Shown here: piece after piece, positions 61,003 to 64,000 of the stretch
Numbering within the stretch: position 1 is the first letter of the stretch
Layout: every line of letters starts with the position of its first letter
DNA from: Tubulanus polymorphus
Lineage: Eukaryota; Animalia; Nemertea
Direction: 5' to 3'
DNA: 64,000 bases
Assembly (NCBI RefSeq): GCF_964204645.1
Contig: NC_134035.1
Span: 4,092,001-4,156,000, forward strand
The notes under the pieces: generated by a model
What the model was told of the DNA's origin: nothing
Databases searched by the model: none
The model's input: the letters and a program-made list of their open reading frames with translations, nothing else
Made by a program: the position numbers and the translations under genes

Positions 61003-63734
61003 GTAAGTGCGAATTCTATTTTCTTCGTAGAATTATTTTCGAATTCCAGTAGACAAAATCCGATTTCTTTACGTTCGAGCGAGATTTCGATTTTCAATTC
61101 TCTCGATATCGTAGTCGATTTCTGCATAAATCGCAATTTTTCTTTTTCTATAAATGTCGAATTTCTAGAAGAAATTTCTTGGCAATCGTTTCATTTTTCA
61201 ATTCTCTTGATATCGTAGTTAAACTGTCATAAGTGAAAACCTAATATTGGTATTTCAGCGTTTATATTTTCTGGCAATTCGGAGTTTATCTAAACTCTGT
61301 CATCAGGCAAAAATATCTCCGAGACTGTCATAACAATAAACGTTCTAATCATCAACACTGTGGGTTTTCACTTGTTTACTCAGAATACTGATATTAATGC
61401 CAGTTTACCAGTTGGAGTTAACTTTGTAATATAATTGTTTTTCCAATACAAAACAAAAATCCTCTGTTGTACAGATTCGCGGGTTAAGACTGTGGAGATT
61501 TCAGTGACGAAATCAGATTTTAAATCAATCTTATTCTGATATGTATATATCATTTAATCATATCCTGCAAATACTATATAACTTATAAAAACAATGTTTT
61601 TACGGTACCGTGAATTCAACAGTTTATTCGAATTACGCATTCGGTTCTTACTGAAGTATTTCAATGGATTGGTTTTGAATGGAGAGGTTTGATGAATATT
61701 TGAAATGACGTATGGCCATCAGGTATCGGCTGGCGATGCGCGCCTGTCCGTTCAGTTTACTCCGACGAATACTAGACTACTATAGTCTTTATGAATTGTT
61801 CATATTAGAGACGTATATTATACCAAGTCGTCGCTATCAATGGCCGCATGTAGTAATAAAAGTTATGAAAGGTCTGAAATTGCCATAGAGACAACGTATA
61901 AATGGAGCATCGCTTCTTCTTATTGTCGAGACTCTGCATCAACACTCTGAAACCTGCTTTTAATTAAGAACTCCTGCCTGAAGTTATTAAAACATCGGTA
62001 ATCGGAAAGGCGATATCGCCTTATTGCAGCTATTTTATTTGTCGAAGCTTCTAAATTCTCCTATTAGAAATGCTTCGAAATTTAAGTAAATGACACTGGA
62101 ATATCGTTAAAAGGCGTGTAATCTAATAAGAATAATATGCTTCTTAGAGTAGGACAATGTCGTGTATTTGAATATCAAATCTTTCTTTTATAAGTCTTTC
62201 GATTTGTATAAAGTGCGTTTAAAATCGTGTACGCTTCTTAATATCATCATCGTCTATTTGTTATTCGAAATCTCAGCCCATCTGCTTTATACTAAGACCC
62301 GATATGCGGCCCTCAATTCGAGCGCGAATGATGAAGTATATGATTTCGATCGACCAATTCATTACGAACTGTCAAATCAATTTGTATTTGACATTGTTCG
62401 GCCCGAAAGCTCTCGGTAAAACCGCCGGATATTGCTCGGGTCCTACACCTGACGTAGCTAAGATACCGCGCGTTTTACCACAGATACAGAATCCAGGATG
62501 ATGAAACCTTGACGGAGAAAAACGTGATTTTTTTTCCTGTAAATATAGTTCAAACTGTGACGGAGATACTTTTTATGCGTGAATAAAAAGTTCCAAATGT
62601 TTATCTCGAACTATTGTAGTTTATCCAATGTTTCGACTATGTTAGTATGCCTGAAGATGGCCATGAAGATATAGTCGAAACGTTGAATAATCTGCGTGGT
62701 CGAGCTAGGTGGTTTCGGGCGCCCGGACTCTTGCCTTCCCATTGAGGTTGCCACTTTTGTCAAGTCGAACATCGTTAAAACTTACATATTTTACATTTTA
62801 TCATCCTCTCGGGCACCGTGCTTGATCTGAAAAACACCCTTGTCATTTCGTCTGGATCCCCGCATTTAAGATTTTTCTAGATTCGATTTTCTGTATACCC
62901 GTCACGAACACGGACAAAGATTTTCATTCTCGTGGAGTATCACGGCGTGTGATCTATTCGGAAATGTGGTTTCAAGCCACGAGCAAGAGAGATGATTGCT
63001 CGTTTATTTTTTCAAGCTAGCTACTTCCCGCGTGTATCGGCATTAATGTGAAAATTCTCCTGTATCCCAGATCTACATGGCGCACACTCGCATACATACC
63101 ACTAGTGTCGGCATGTTGTTGTGACCGGCGGTGAGACGACGGTGTTTACCTTTGCGACAATTTAAATATAACGGAATGATGGAACAAACAGCTCGTGTAT
63201 GGATTTCGGATCCGGAACGCGCGCATTTGAAGATCGCGTACATCGTCGATAGATGGGAAAATCCTATAGTCGTGAATCGAGTATTGAAGTTTAGCAGCTT
63301 GAACTCTCAATCAACAGCTTCAGTTAATAGTTTAACTAAACAATCTCAATTTCTTATTACAAGTCATTTTCGACGATAGAATAGTTAGAAGTATATATTC
63401 GAAGTACAGTAATAAGGCATTGTAGAATTCCACTCCGAGAATAAATATTTTCTTTATTTTCGATTTATTTAAGATTTTATATCATCTTTACACCACGGAC
63501 TTAGATTGTTTCGTTAGTCAGTTATTGGTAGAGAAAGATTATTTATAGATATACGTTGAATGAATTGGAAGCTGAAGGAAGCATTTCAGACTTTTTATTC
63601 TTAGAGAGCCATTCTATATTATCTCTACAACACGGACTCGGAGTGTTTCATCAACGGTGTCTCCGAAGAGACATTCCAGGAGAAGAGTATTAGGATATAG
63701 ATGAAACGTCGAATGAATTAGAAGCCTAAGGAAT

Positions 63735-63911
63735 CATTTCAAACGCTTTTTATTCTAAGTCATCTCTTCCTGGGGAGATAAAGTCGAAACGTTAGATCGA
63801 GAGGCAACGAGGATAAGCGTCTTGCCCGAGGACACTGCGGTTATGTACGGGGTTCCACGACCTAGCTGCCCGGAGTCGAACGCTGAAACCACTCGGCCAC
63901 ACCGCTACCCA
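63735..63911 (-). mobile_element. tRNA-derived SINE
   Basis: Minus strand GGGTAGCGGTG-TGGCCGAGTGG (Pol III A box), then GTGTCCTCGGGCAAGACGCTT (conserved SINE body motif). Lies between copies of a roughly 138-bp local repeat (63483, 63621, 63913). Confidence 0.7.
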
Positions 63912-64000
63912 TCATCTCTACAACGCGGACTCAAGGGGCGTTCCATCAATGGTCATAGAAATCTGATGATTTCAAATTTATGCGTTACTATTAACCTTAA

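Overview
Eukaryotic, AT-rich invertebrate genomic DNA with GT-AG spliceosomal introns and no obvious CpG depletion; a lophotrochozoan-like origin is inference only. Manual splicing recovers four conserved genes: asparagine synthetase (minus, 9 coding exons, 560 aa), a divergently transcribed alpha-arrestin/ARRDC (plus, 6 exons, about 330 aa), an MS4A/CD20-like four-TM protein (plus, one coding exon) and TMEM183 (minus, 5 exons, 395 aa). The main discovery, only partly visible in the ORF track, is a tandem cluster at 17.4-25.0 kb of four two-exon genes for secreted precursors. All four have a signal peptide, a phase-1 intron and the C-terminal motif GGS[RK]-C-W-[WY]-[ND]-G-[FYI]-x-Y-I-C-[VFI]-G(K)-stop, predicting a disulfide-closed, amidated cyclic peptide family I cannot match to any known family. 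Also present: a fifth orphan signal-peptide exon, three decayed intronless SUEL-lectin-like receptor relics, Penelope-type minimal hammerhead ribozyme motifs (one possibly in the TMEM183 3' UTR), ATF4-type elements in ASNS intron 1, and many MITEs, SINEs and satellites. All coordinates were read by eye; repeat boundaries are approximate.
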